Source: Acidobacteriota bacterium (GTDB lineage Bacteria > Actinomycetota > Acidimicrobiia > Spongiisociales > UBA5794). From it: a DNA stretch of 64,000 bases. Both the position numbers and the translations under genes were made by a program. The notes under the pieces were generated by a model that had not been told where the DNA came from, ran no database searches, and saw only the letters and a program-made list of their open reading frames with translations. This document shows, in pieces, positions 22,764 through 32,824 of this stretch (its first letter is position 1; the number at the start of each line of letters is the position of its first letter). The stretch spans positions 14,483 through 78,482 of the forward strand of contig JADFQA010000012.1 of the NCBI GenBank assembly GCA_022562055.1. The letters are read 5' to 3'.

Positions 22764-23443
22764 TCTGCAGTCACCCTAATGTGGAGGCCGCATTCGACCT
22801 TCCGACCGTTCCAGCGTCCGTCGCGGGAATCACCCGCTCCAAATGTCGGTACGGTGCATGGTGCACAGCCGACACTTGAGTACCCCTCCGCATAGAGAGG
22901 GTGCTCGGGGATGTCGTGCTCACGTGTGTAGGTCGCGATGTCGTCGAACGTCCACTCCACGAGAGGGTTTACCTTGTACAGCGTGTGGGTGTCGCTCTGC
23001 TCATACCGTTCTACCTTCGGCGTATCGTGCCGAGAGGCCGACTGACCGCGTCGCAGCGCTGTGAACCACACCGAGTAATCGGCGAGCGCCTCACGTAACA
23101 CCTCCACCTTGCGTTCGTTGCAGCAAGCATCAGGGTTTGTCTCATACACCATCCCGCGAACGGTCTCCAGCTCCTGGCGAGACACCCGCGGCCGTAAGGT
23201 GATGAGGTTGAGGCTCCACCTTGCCGCCAGCTCATCACGGAACTCAAGCGTCTCCTGGAAGTGGTACCCCGTGTCAAGGAATAACACCGCGATATCCACC
23301 TTGATCTGGAGGATCTGGTGGAGCAGAACGAGTCCACCCCGCTGGGTGGATATTGAAATGGCCAGCGTCCCTTCTCGGCCCAGACCCCACGAAATGACGT
23401 CCTCCGTCAACCACCGAGCGTCGTCTCTTACAAGCGTCGTCAT
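22760..23443 (-). CDS. cysH: APS/PAPS reductase (4Fe-4S type)
   Basis: [25 protein letters not shown]. Confidence 0.93.
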   Translation of the reverse strand: MTTLVRDDARWLTEDVISWGLGREGTLAISISTQRGGLVLLHQILQIKVDIAVLFLDTGYHFQETLEFRDELAARWSLNLITLRPRVSRQELETVRGMVYETNPDACCNERKVEVLREALADYSVWFTALRRGQSASRHDTPKVERYEQSDTHTLYKVNPLVEWTFDDIATYTREHDIPEHPLYAEGYSSVGCAPCTVPTFGAGDSRDGRWNGRKVECGLHIRVTAE

Positions 23444-24117
23444 CCTGACACTCCCTCTGTCGTTACGAGCCCGATGGCGTGACTGATTGTTGTCGCCGCC
23501 CCGTCGTGGTCGCCCGCCTGAAACCTGGCGTGTGCTTCGGAGTCGACGATGCGGTACCAGGCATCTCGCCTTTCCTCGTACGTTCCGAAGGACGCCTTCA
23601 CCATTGGTCTGAATTGCCGCAAGAACGTCAACCAGGAACCCTGCCCGTGGCCGACCATGGCCGCGATCCGATCCCGCAGCCGTGTCGCCACGGCCGGAGC
23701 CGCGCCACCAGTTGAGATAGCGACCACAAGATCACCGTCTCGATGCACCGCAGGCAGCATGAAGGAACAGTGGGCGGGATCGTCGGCGCCGTTGGCAAGG
23801 ATGGAACGCTCGTTTGCCGCCTCCCATACGGCCCGGGCGACGTCGGGATCGTTCACAGCCGAGATCACCAGCACCGCACCGTCGAGGTCTTGCGGCTCGA
23901 AAGGTTTCTGCCGCCAGGACAAAACTCCCTCGCTGTCGAGAGCGCGTACAGCAGCGGTGGCCTCGGGAGAAACCACCTCGATAACAGCCCCGCCCGCCAC
24001 AAGAGCTCGAAGCTTCTGCGCGCCGACCGAGCCGCCGCCAACGACGACCACGCGGCGTTCAGTCAGGTCGATCAACACGGGATACAACTCGGGCGGTCCG
24101 GTGTGACCTACGCGCAT
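23440..24117 (-). CDS. Precorrin-2 dehydrogenase/sirohydrochlorin ferrochelatase
   Basis: YPV..., VVGGG.VG, ADDP..CSF..PA, ISTGG.AP. Confidence 0.9.
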   Translation of the reverse strand: MRVGHTGPPELYPVLIDLTERRVVVVGGGSVGAQKLRALVAGGAVIEVVSPEATAAVRALDSEGVLSWRQKPFEPQDLDGAVLVISAVNDPDVARAVWEAANERSILANGADDPAHCSFMLPAVHRDGDLVVAISTGGAAPAVATRLRDRIAAMVGHGQGSWLTFLRQFRPMVKASFGTYEERRDAWYRIVDSEAHARFQAGDHDGAATTISHAIGLVTTEGVSG

Positions 24118-25889
24118 TCTGACTCTCCCAACGTCACCGCAAAGGGAACGGACTCGTCGAAATCCGTGTAGAACTCCGGAGCCTCGGCTGGCGAGGCGAC
24201 CACCGTGAGATCCTCAACCGAGGCGCGCAGAACAGCGATACCACCGGCCCGGTCGATCCACGCCGCGAACGTCTCGCCTGCATCACGCGCGTTTGAAAAT
24301 GCCCCGACAAGGCGTACGACGACCGCCGGTACGTTCTTCGCCGGAAGCCGACAGACCCGCTGAGCAAACTCGATCCGCTCGTCGCCCACGTAGCCGCCGA
24401 CCAGCATCTGATACCCGGGCACGGACTCACCATGGCTGCGACGTTCAACACCGTGGAAGCCGATATCGGCGACGTGATGGTGACCGCACGAGTTCGTGCA
24501 CCCCGAGATGTTGATCCGGATGCCGCCAACCTCGGCCAGGGCCGCATCTTCAAGTGCGGCATCGATCGCCTTGGCAAGGCCACGCGACTGGGTGATAGCA
24601 AGGTTGCAGGTGTCGGCGCCAGGGCAGGCCACAACATCTCGTGCGAACTCTGCACCGGGGCTGGCCATGCCGATCTCGACGAGCGCGGCGTGCACTGAAC
24701 CCAGCCGGTCGGCATCGATGCCACGGAACACCACATTTTGGCGATTCGTGATCCGCACGTCGGCATCGACGGCGCGCTGGATCCCGGCAAGACCACGAAA
24801 TTGGTCGCCTGTGATGTCTCCGAGGAACGCATGGGCGTAGACGGATACCGTCGCGTCGCGAACACCACGGACAACGTTCGTCGACGACCAGCGGTCAAAC
24901 GGCGACACGCCCCTGATCTGCACAGGAGTACCCTGACCGAGCGTGGTGATCTCGCCGACCGCGATCCCGGCGGCAGGCTCGTCGCCGAACTCGTGGACCT
25001 GGTGCGGGATACCTCCCGGATACGATGACGACGCGGGAAGCAACCGACGGACCTCCATCACGCGGCGTTGCACCTCATCGAACCCGATAGTGTCGACGAG
25101 CCACTTCATCCGGGCACGAAGTTTGTTCTCCCGATTACCCGCCTGGTCGAACACACGCAGGATCGCCTCGAGTGTCGGCAGTAGATCCTCACGGGTCGTG
25201 AACGGCTCTAGGGCCAACGCGGGATGCGGGTTAGCGCCGAGACCCCCGGCGACGTATACCCGGAAACCAACCTGTGTGGCGCCTGACTCGTCTGTTGTGG
25301 CAACCGCGATAACGCCGATGTCGTTGAACATTGCCTGTCCGCAGTCGGTTGCACAACCCGAGAAGTTCACCTTGAACTTTCGCGGGAGCCGTTGAGCGAT
25401 CGGATTCCGCAGAAACAGCCGATACGCTGCCTCGGCCCACTGGGTGATGTCAAGTATCTCAACGGGGCACGCTCCAGCGAGGTGACAGCCCTGAACATTG
25501 CGTACGACATCGCCGCACGCCTCACGAGTCGTCAACCCAACAGATGCCAGGAGCCGGAGAACTTCCGGCACAGCGTCCAGGTGGACGAAGTGAAACTGGA
25601 TGTTCTGCCGGCTCGTGATGTGGCCGAAACCGCGAGAATGCGACTCGACGAGATCGCCGAGAAGGTCGAGCTGTTCCGGGGTCAACGAGCCGTAAGGCAC
25701 TTTGACCCGGATCATCTGGTTGTCATTCCCCTGCCGCTGACCGTAGACGCCGTTGGAGAGCCTGAACGAGCGGAAGACGTCCTCGTCTACGTCACCGGCC
25801 CGGTACCGGGCGAGCATGTCTTCAAATTTCGTTATGTCGGTTAGAAGGGCTCGGTCGAGGTCGTTGTCGGAAATGGCGCGTACGGTCAT
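24108..25889 (-). CDS. sir: Ferredoxin-dependent sulfite (nitrite) reductase hemoprotein
   Basis: GVYGQRQ, TSRQNIQFH, LPRKFK, CPGADTC, SGCTNSCG; context cysH and siroheme genes. Confidence 0.9.
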   Translation of the reverse strand: MTVRAISDNDLDRALLTDITKFEDMLARYRAGDVDEDVFRSFRLSNGVYGQRQGNDNQMIRVKVPYGSLTPEQLDLLGDLVESHSRGFGHITSRQNIQFHFVHLDAVPEVLRLLASVGLTTREACGDVVRNVQGCHLAGACPVEILDITQWAEAAYRLFLRNPIAQRLPRKFKVNFSGCATDCGQAMFNDIGVIAVATTDESGATQVGFRVYVAGGLGANPHPALALEPFTTREDLLPTLEAILRVFDQAGNRENKLRARMKWLVDTIGFDEVQRRVMEVRRLLPASSSYPGGIPHQVHEFGDEPAAGIAVGEITTLGQGTPVQIRGVSPFDRWSSTNVVRGVRDATVSVYAHAFLGDITGDQFRGLAGIQRAVDADVRITNRQNVVFRGIDADRLGSVHAALVEIGMASPGAEFARDVVACPGADTCNLAITQSRGLAKAIDAALEDAALAEVGGIRINISGCTNSCGHHHVADIGFHGVERRSHGESVPGYQMLVGGYVGDERIEFAQRVCRLPAKNVPAVVVRLVGAFSNARDAGETFAAWIDRAGGIAVLRASVEDLTVVASPAEAPEFYTDFDESVPFAVTLGESECA

Positions 25890-26001
25890 GTGTTTGTCCT
25901 AAGAATATTGTGGGGACGGTCGAGAATGCAGTGGTTGGCGAGCTGTTTACAGCGTCTCGCCGACATCGCATTCGCATACACATGGTCGTCTTCACCTTCA
26001 T
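25822..26001 (-). CDS. Putative internal Met/Cys-rich regulatory ORF (MKVKTTMCMRMRC..., 59 aa)
   Basis: ATG overlaps the frameshift-corrected metZ stop; resembles the upstream leader; hairpin follows; 3' part overlaps sir start out of frame. Confidence 0.5.
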   Translation of the reverse strand: MKVKTTMCMRMRCRRDAVNSSPTTAFSTVPTIFLGQTHDRTRHFRQRPRPSPSNRHNEI

Positions 26002-27219
26002 CGGGAGTCACCGCGCCCACCAAGGGCATGATCCAGGTCTTCGATCAAGTCAGCAACGTCCTCAAGACCGATCGACAGCCGAATGGTCCCCGTCATGCAG
26101 ACCGACATCTGAACGCTCCTCAGGGGTGAGCATGCGGTGCGTCGTCGTCCCTGGGTGCGTCACAAGGCTCTTGGTGTCGCCAAGGTTGTTCGAGATGTCG
26201 AACACTGTGAGAGGGTCGATAATTTCGAATGCGCGGGATGTCGATCCTTCCACAGTGAACGTCACAACGGTGCCACCCGTCGACATCTGCTCCTGCGCAA
26301 GCGAGCGCTGGGGATGCGAAGCGAGGAACGGGTAGAGAACCGTGGCGACCGCCGCGTGACCCTCAAGCCACTCCGCAACCGCTAACGCCGAAACTGACTG
26401 CGCACGGACACGAAGGTCAAGCGTTTCGAGACCCTTCAGAGCCACCCACGCGTTGAAAGGACTCATCGCTGGTCCAGTGTGCCGATAGAACAACTGGAGA
26501 TGCTCATCAATGAACTGTTCGGACGCCAGCACCGCTCCACCCAGTGTCCTGCCCTGGCCGTCAATGTGCTTAGTGGTCGAGTACACGACGACGTCGGCAC
26601 CGAAAGCGAGCGGACTCTGCACCACCGGCGACGCGAAGACGTTGTCCACAACAACCGTCGCACCACCGCAATGAGCGATCTTGCTGACCGCGGCGATATC
26701 GATGATCTCAAGTGTCGGGTTTGAGGGTGATTCGAAAAACACCGCGGTTGTTGGGACACTTAGCTCGCGCTCCCACGCGTCGAGTTCCGTCCCATCAATG
26801 AGCACCGTCTCGATGCTCCATCGAGGCAAGATCTGGGAGATTATCACTTTGCACGAACCAAAAAGTGCCCGCGACGCAGCGACTCGATCGCCAGCTTGAA
26901 GCTGCGACGCAAGCGCCGCGAATACTGCGGCCATGCCGGTCCCTGTGGCCTTGCAAACCTCTGCACCCTCAATGAGTCTCAGCCGCTCCTCGAAAACAGC
27001 AACAGTCGGGTTGCCGTAGCGAGAATAGATGTACCGGTCGATGTCGCCTTCGAAGGCGGCCTTTGTTTCGGCGGCCGACCCGTATACATATCCTGAGGTG
27101 AGGAACATACCCTCGGACGTTTCGCCGAACGGAGTGCGATTGAGGCCACCACGCACCTGCAACGTGGCAGGTCTCCAGGAGCGGTTATTTTGTGAAACGG
27201 CGGGCGAAGATGAGGACAT
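25998..27219 (-). CDS. metZ: O-succinyl/acetylhomoserine sulfhydrylase with +1 frameshift near the 3' end
   Basis: YSRYGNPT, ESPSNP, YSTTKHIDGQGR, NLGDTKS; removing one G at 26088-26091 restores TIRLSIGLEDVADLIEDLDHAL. Confidence 0.88.
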
Positions 27220-27310
27220 GGGGAAAACTCCGGGGACAGGTGTGCTCAGTGAACAGATTGTCAGGACAACCGCCGTCAAGCGAAATTACCCTCGGGTGGC
27301 GGTGACGGCG

Positions 27311-27397
27311 TTAGGAGTACGACCTGCATGCGCATGCCGCACTCGGGTTAACCACCCGAGAGCTACACATCAAGCACATACACATCAGCGTCTTCAT
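27311..27397 (-). CDS. Met/Cys-rich leader peptide MKTLMCMCLMCSSRVVNPSAACACRSYS (putative attenuator)
   Basis: 28 aa with 4 Met and 5 Cys, directly upstream of metZ; leaderless promoter; alternative pairings. Confidence 0.75.
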   Translation of the reverse strand: MKTLMCMCLMCSSRVVNPSAACACRSYS

Positions 27398-27404
27398 ACC
27401 CGAG

Positions 27405-27432
27405 AAGGTAGCGCACCGGACGCCGACGTCAA
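27405..27432 (-). promoter_or_regulatory. SigA-type promoter giving a leaderless transcript
   Basis: TTGACG-N16-TACCTT-N7-ATG. Confidence 0.65.
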
Positions 27433-27588
27433 ACTCGCGATCGAGTCGCACCCGGGTCCACAGACGAGCAGCATCAGCCTCGGATTATTCACCCACGCCG
27501 GCTCGTGCACTTCCGCACCAGGCCAGTCAGGGCGTAAGAGGTAAACCTGTCATCGCGGAGACCCCGACAACGTCCCCGGTTGTCACAA

Positions 27589-28368
27589 CTAGGCGACCTG
27601 CTTGGGCTCCGGGAGAGTGAACACGAACGAGCCGTCCGGGGTGAGGGCGACGGTGTGTTCCCAGTGAGCCGACAAGGTCCCATCTGCGGTAACGACCGAC
27701 CAATCGTCGTCAAGCACAGCAGTATCGCCGGATCCAAGGTTGAACATCGGTTCGATTGCAAGCGCCATGCCCTCGCGTAACTTGAAACCGCGCCGAGGAC
27801 GGCCGTAGTTCGGCACGCTGGGGACTTCATGCATGGACTGTCCAATACCGTGGCCCGTGTATCCACGGACCACGCCATACCCGTGCGGTCGCGCGGTAGC
27901 CGACACAGCAGCGCCGATGTCACCGATTCGGTTGCCCGACTTCGCCTGCGCAAGACCTTCCCACAGGCCCCGTTCAGTCACATCAATAAGCTTTTGGGCC
28001 TCGGCTGAGATCTCACCAACCCCCGTGGTGAACGCCGCGTCGCCGTGCCAGCCCTCATAGATGGCACCGGCATCGATCGAGATGATGTCGCCCTCCCTCA
28101 GGATGTAGTCGTCGGGTATGCCGTGCACGATGACCGAGTTTGGCGACGCGCAGATCGTCGCCGGATAGGTGCCGTTGTAGCCCAGAAACGACGGACGACA
28201 GTTGTTTGCGCGCACTACACGCTCTCCGATTTCGTCCAGGGAGCGCAGCGAGACACCGGGTTTGATCGCGGCACGAATCTCGTCGAGGAGCTCGGCGACG
28301 ACACGCCCCGCGATCTGCATCTTTGCGAAATCGCCCACCGTTTTGATAGAGAGCAACCCCGAACTCAT
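27589..28368 (-). CDS. map: Methionine aminopeptidase type I
   Basis: HGIP, IDAG...WHGD, GHGIG, IEPM, HWEHT. Confidence 0.97.
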   Translation of the reverse strand: MSSGLLSIKTVGDFAKMQIAGRVVAELLDEIRAAIKPGVSLRSLDEIGERVVRANNCRPSFLGYNGTYPATICASPNSVIVHGIPDDYILREGDIISIDAGAIYEGWHGDAAFTTGVGEISAEAQKLIDVTERGLWEGLAQAKSGNRIGDIGAAVSATARPHGYGVVRGYTGHGIGQSMHEVPSVPNYGRPRRGFKLREGMALAIEPMFNLGSGDTAVLDDDWSVVTADGTLSAHWEHTVALTPDGSFVFTLPEPKQVA

Positions 28369-28937
28369 CGCTCGGTGGCGAGCGCCATCACTATTCGCGA
28401 AAACACGTCTTCAACGGACCCTGAACCGTCGACGGTCACGGTCGGTACACCGTGTTCCGGATAGTACTTGAGGAGCGGTTCGGTTTCTGACCGAAACACT
28501 TCGAGGCGACGCACGATTGTCTCTTCGCTGTCATCGGATCGACCGGCGATAACCGCCCGTTGCATAATGCGGTGGACAAGCTCGTCATCGTCGACAGTCA
28601 ACAGCACCACAATCCCAATCGCGTTGCTTCCGACAGATCGATCGAGCGCGTCGGCCTGCTCCAGGTTTCTAGGAAAGCCATCGAGAAGAAACCCGCAAGC
28701 AGCGTCGTCCTTCGCAAGACGTTGCGCAACCATTGCTACTACAAGATCGTCCGGCACGAGATCGCCGGTGGTCATCAAAGCGCCCGCCTGCTTCCCAAGT
28801 TCGGTGCCTTCGGCAACCGCCTCGCGCAACATGTCGCCCGAAGATATATGTGGCACACCGAGAGTACGCGAGAGCAGCGCTGCTTGCGTACCTTTGCCGG
28901 CCCCGGGAGGGCCGATAAAAAGAATTCGACGCCCCAT
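28365..28937 (-). CDS. adk: Adenylate kinase (short LID)
   Basis: GPPGAGKGTQA, LDGFPR. Confidence 0.97.
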   Translation of the reverse strand: MGRRILFIGPPGAGKGTQAALLSRTLGVPHISSGDMLREAVAEGTELGKQAGALMTTGDLVPDDLVVAMVAQRLAKDDAACGFLLDGFPRNLEQADALDRSVGSNAIGIVVLLTVDDDELVHRIMQRAVIAGRSDDSEETIVRRLEVFRSETEPLLKYYPEHGVPTVTVDGSGSVEDVFSRIVMALATER

Positions 28938-30242
28938 CTAGGCCAAAAATCCGTCGTAGTTGCGCATCATGAGCTGGCTCTCAATCTGTTTCATGGTCTC
29001 CAGCGCCACACCGGTAACGATGAGGATCGAAACCCCGGACAACCCGACCGGCACATGGTACAGCCAACCGAGCAGGGATGGCGCCACGGCGACGACAGCG
29101 AGATACAGAGAACCTGGCAGGGTGATGCGTGACAGGACGTTTTCGAGGTAGCGCACCGTGGCGCGGCCGGGTCTGATACCCGGAATGAACCCACCCTGAC
29201 GCTGGATGCGGTCGGCCTGTTGCACCGGGTCGAACTGAATAGCGGTGTAGAAATACGTAAACCCAACCACCAGCAAAGCAAGCATTGCAATATACGGCAG
29301 CGTGGGAGACAAACCACCCTGCCCAGATTGCAGCAGGTTGTCGTTGATCCAACTACGCACCGTTTGTCCCCATCCGGTAGCCGGAAGGGTCGATCCGATA
29401 AGGACTGGGAAATACATAACCGAGGTCGCGAAGATCACCGGGATGACGCCGGCCATGTTCACCTTCAACGGGATGTACGTCGATCCTCCCCCGAGCACCT
29501 TGCGGCCGCGAACTCGCCTGGAGAACTGAATTGGTATCCGGCGCTGCCCCTGGTCGACAAAGATAATTCCAACCGTCAGCACAGCCATAAGGGCCACGAT
29601 TGTCCAGAACTGGTACGCCTGCGAACTGGCTTTGAGTATCCCGAATTGGCTCGGGAGCTGACTCACGATGCTGATGAAAATGATCAGCGACATACCGTTG
29701 CCGACACCGCGTTGCGTTATCAACTCACCAAGCCACATGATCAACGCCGTACCGGCGGTCCATGTGACGATGACAAGGACCACATTTCGCAGGGTGAAGT
29801 CGGGAATCAGGTCGATCCCGCCGAATGAGCCGCGGTGCAAGAGCTGAGTGAACGATGCCGACTGCACGAGCGCGAGACCCACCGTGATGTAGCGGGCCCA
29901 CTGGGTGATTGTCTTCTGACCAGACTCGCCCTCTTCCTGAAGTGCTTGCAGCTTCGGGATGACCACCGTGAGAAGCTGCATAATGATTGTCGCGGTGATG
30001 TATGGGGTGATACCGAGCGCAAACACCGACATCCGACCAAGCGCACCGCCCGAAAACAGGTTCAGGAGGCCGAGGAAACCCTGGTCGTTTGCGGAGTCGG
30101 CAAAGGCTCCAACAGCATTGAGGTCTACACCAGGAACTGGAATTGAAGTACCCAGACGGTACAGCGCCAAGACGGCGAGCGTAAAGAAGATCTTCGCGCG
30201 CAGATCGCGAATCTTGAACATGTTGCGAAAAACGGAAAGCAT
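28938..30242 (-). CDS. secY: Translocase SecY
   Basis: ALGITPYITA, GVGNGMSL, IPGIRPG. Confidence 0.98.
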   Translation of the reverse strand: MLSVFRNMFKIRDLRAKIFFTLAVLALYRLGTSIPVPGVDLNAVGAFADSANDQGFLGLLNLFSGGALGRMSVFALGITPYITATIIMQLLTVVIPKLQALQEEGESGQKTITQWARYITVGLALVQSASFTQLLHRGSFGGIDLIPDFTLRNVVLVIVTWTAGTALIMWLGELITQRGVGNGMSLIIFISIVSQLPSQFGILKASSQAYQFWTIVALMAVLTVGIIFVDQGQRRIPIQFSRRVRGRKVLGGGSTYIPLKVNMAGVIPVIFATSVMYFPVLIGSTLPATGWGQTVRSWINDNLLQSGQGGLSPTLPYIAMLALLVVGFTYFYTAIQFDPVQQADRIQRQGGFIPGIRPGRATVRYLENVLSRITLPGSLYLAVVAVAPSLLGWLYHVPVGLSGVSILIVTGVALETMKQIESQLMMRNYDGFLA

Positions 30243-30312
30243 AGGTTTTGACTACTCCTCTGGCTGCATCACACCGGCAACGCCGCCAATGTAGCGCGTT
30301 GGCGGACCAACA

Positions 30313-30750
30313 CTATTCGACGACTTCCACCGAGCCGCCGGCTGCTTTGATCTTCTCGATAGCACTGTTGCTGAAACGATGGGCGTGGACCGTGAGTGCG
30401 CGGTCGATTTCGCCCTCGCCGAGCACCTTGATCCGCCCGCGGTGTTTCACCATGCCCGACGCCCGAAGAGTCTCAACCGTGACATCGGTGCCGGCGTCGA
30501 ACTCGTTCAGCCTCTCCACATTGATAACGGCAAATATCTCTTTGTTACGGCTTTTGAAACCGCGCAGTTTTGGCAACCGACGCTGCAGTGGTGTCTGCCC
30601 ACCCTCAAAACCCGGTCTGACCTTGCTGCGGGCCTTGGTGCCCTTGGTACCACGACCGGCGGTTTTTCCGCGACGTCCCGCTTCACCGCGTCCAACCCGA
30701 ATCTTGCGTTTCTTCGACCCCGGAGCGGGGCGCAAGTGGTGCAGTTTCAT
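30313..30750 (-). CDS. rplO: 50S protein L15
   Basis: FEGGQTPLQRRLPK. Confidence 0.98.
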   Translation of the reverse strand: MKLHHLRPAPGSKKRKIRVGRGEAGRRGKTAGRGTKGTKARSKVRPGFEGGQTPLQRRLPKLRGFKSRNKEIFAVINVERLNEFDAGTDVTVETLRASGMVKHRGRIKVLGEGEIDRALTVHAHRFSNSAIEKIKAAGGSVEVVE

Positions 30751-30932
30751 GAAATTTCCTCAACATCCAACAGGTGCTTGGCGCGGAACACCATTCCACG
30801 CACGTCTGGTGTGTCTGGTCGCTCAACCGTGGAATTAATCTTGCGCAAGCCCAGACTTTCGATCGTCGCTCGGGTCTTAGGCCTCTCGCCTATGAGACTC
30901 TTCTTGAGCGTTATCTTGAGTGTCTTGGCCAC
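30747..30932 (-). CDS. rpmD: 50S protein L30
   Basis: KSLIG...LGLRKIN; operon position. Confidence 0.96.
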   Translation of the reverse strand: MAKTLKITLKKSLIGERPKTRATIESLGLRKINSTVERPDTPDVRGMVFRAKHLLDVEEIS

Positions 30933-31522
30933 TAGCGCCCGCCTATCTCAGCACGCGCCAACTCGGTGGAGTTATAGGCAGCGATCAAAGCCGGCGGGAA
31001 CAACTCCTCGGGTCTACGACCCCGAGCGCGCGCAACGACATCGGGACGATCTTGAGACATCAGAGCAATCATGGTCGCCTTTGCGACGTTCAGCGGTGTG
31101 GCGGAACCCAGCGACTTTGCCAGGATGTCAGACACGCCGGCCGCCTCGAGGATCTGTCTCGTAGCGCCACCTGCAATGACACCGGTACCGGGCGAAGCCG
31201 GACGTAGCAACACGCGCGATGCGCCGAGAACGCCGATAGACTTGTGGATGATGGTCTGCCCCGCCATAGGAATGTATTTCATATCCTTGCGAGCGAGTTC
31301 CATGGCCTTCTGGATGGCCGTCGGGACCTCTTTGGCCTTTCCGTAGCCAATGCCAACCTTGCCTTTGCCGTTTCCGACCGCGACAAGTGCGGTGAAGGAG
31401 AACCGGCGCCCGCCCCTGACCACCTTTGATACGCGATTGATCGTGATAACCCGCTCGTCAAACTCGGGTTCACGGTCTCGACCGCCGCCTCTTCTGTTTC
31501 TGTCGTTACGATTTCGATTCAT
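30932..31522 (-). CDS. rpsE: 30S protein S5
   Basis: [24 protein letters not shown]. Confidence 0.98.
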   Translation of the reverse strand: MNRNRNDRNRRGGGRDREPEFDERVITINRVSKVVRGGRRFSFTALVAVGNGKGKVGIGYGKAKEVPTAIQKAMELARKDMKYIPMAGQTIIHKSIGVLGASRVLLRPASPGTGVIAGGATRQILEAAGVSDILAKSLGSATPLNVAKATMIALMSQDRPDVVARARGRRPEELFPPALIAAYNSTELARAEIGGR

Positions 31523-31533
31523 ACAGCCAGCTC

Positions 31534-31887
31534 CTAAAACTTAAGTCCGGCGTCGCGGGCGGCGTCGGCGAGCGCTTTGATGCGGCCGTGGAATGCGTTC
31601 CCGCCGCGGTCGAACACAACTTCGCTAACACCTGCTTCGGCTGCGCGGCTCGCAATGAGTCGGCCAACCTTAGAAGCGGTGTCTGTCGTAAGACGTTCGC
31701 CTGAAAGCGATGCCTCGCGCGATGAGGCACTCGCCAAAGTGCGCGCCGCATCGTCGTCGATGACTTGCGTGTAAATGTACTTGTTTGACCGGTAGACGGA
31801 AAGACGCGGACGCTGCGCCGTCCCGCGAAGGTTTTTTCTGACGCGATGGTGGCGGCGACGCCGTGCGGTTATGCGTGTCGATTTCAT
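31534..31887 (-). CDS. rplR: 50S protein L18
   Basis: [17 protein letters not shown]. Confidence 0.98.
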   Translation of the reverse strand: MKSTRITARRRRHHRVRKNLRGTAQRPRLSVYRSNKYIYTQVIDDDAARTLASASSREASLSGERLTTDTASKVGRLIASRAAEAGVSEVVFDRGGNAFHGRIKALADAARDAGLKF

Positions 31888-32423
31888 CAGGCTCCTGCCT
31901 TGCCGGCCTTGCGACGAACGTGCTCGCCGACGTACCGGATGCCCTTGCCCTTGTACGGCTCTGGCGGACGGACACGACGGATGTTTGCGGCGACCTGACC
32001 AACAAGCTCCTTGTTAATACCGGACACAATGATCTTGGTCGGTTCTGGGACCTCGAATGTGATGCCATCGGGTGCCTCGAGAAACACCGGATGCGAAAAC
32101 CCAACCGAAAGCTCAAGCTTGTTGCCCTTGAGCAGCGCGCGATACCCCACACCGCGAGCCTCGAGTTCCTTTTTGTAACCCTCGGATACTCCGATCACCA
32201 TGTTGTTGAGAAGCGCTCGGCTGAGGCCGTGAAGAGCCCGAACGTCACGGTCATCGTTGGCGCGCGTCACGGTGACTACACCGTCTGTTAAATCGAAGCT
32301 GATAGCGGAGTTGAAACTACGCGTGAGTTCACCCTTGGATCCCTTCACCACGACTTCAGAACCGTTGATGGTCACATCAACGCCATCGGGCAAAGTGATG
32401 GGGGCTTTACCTATTCGGCTCAT
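31887..32423 (-). CDS. rplF: 50S protein L6
   Basis: [17 protein letters not shown]. Confidence 0.98.
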   Translation of the reverse strand: MSRIGKAPITLPDGVDVTINGSEVVVKGSKGELTRSFNSAISFDLTDGVVTVTRANDDRDVRALHGLSRALLNNMVIGVSEGYKKELEARGVGYRALLKGNKLELSVGFSHPVFLEAPDGITFEVPEPTKIIVSGINKELVGQVAANIRRVRPPEPYKGKGIRYVGEHVRRKAGKAGA

Positions 32424-32426
32424 CTG

Positions 32427-32822
32427 CTACCAAACCTCACAGAGAACTTCGCCGCCGATGGAGCGCTTGCGAGCGGCCCGGTCAGTGAGAAGGCCTTCAG
32501 AAGTTGAGACAATTGCGATGCCGAGACCGCCGCGAACCCGACGAATGTCGACGGAAGACTTGTACACGCGCAGACCCGGCTTCGAAATCCGGTTGATCGC
32601 CGACAACACGCGGCTGCGGTCTTCGTTGTATCGCAACCTGATCGTAAGAGTTTTTCCGGGGTTGGCATCTTCGATGCGGTAGCTATCAGCGTAACCCTCG
32701 GCAACAAGAACCTTGGCAATCGCTTCTTTCATCTTCGATGACGGCATAGAAGTCTCAGGATGCAACGCCTGATTGGCGTTACGAATCCTGGTGAGCATGT
32801 CTGCAATGGGATCTGTGTACAT
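32427..32822 (-). CDS. rpsH: 30S protein S8
   Basis: [23 protein letters not shown]. Confidence 0.98.
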   Translation of the reverse strand: MYTDPIADMLTRIRNANQALHPETSMPSSKMKEAIAKVLVAEGYADSYRIEDANPGKTLTIRLRYNEDRSRVLSAINRISKPGLRVYKSSVDIRRVRGGLGIAIVSTSEGLLTDRAARKRSIGGEVLCEVW

Positions 32823-32824
32823 TC

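Noticed and set aside
27220-27590. SAM-I/SAM-IV riboswitch or T-box upstream of metZ
   Set aside because: I could not find the conserved cores by eye; the leader-peptide model fits better. An Rfam scan has not been run.
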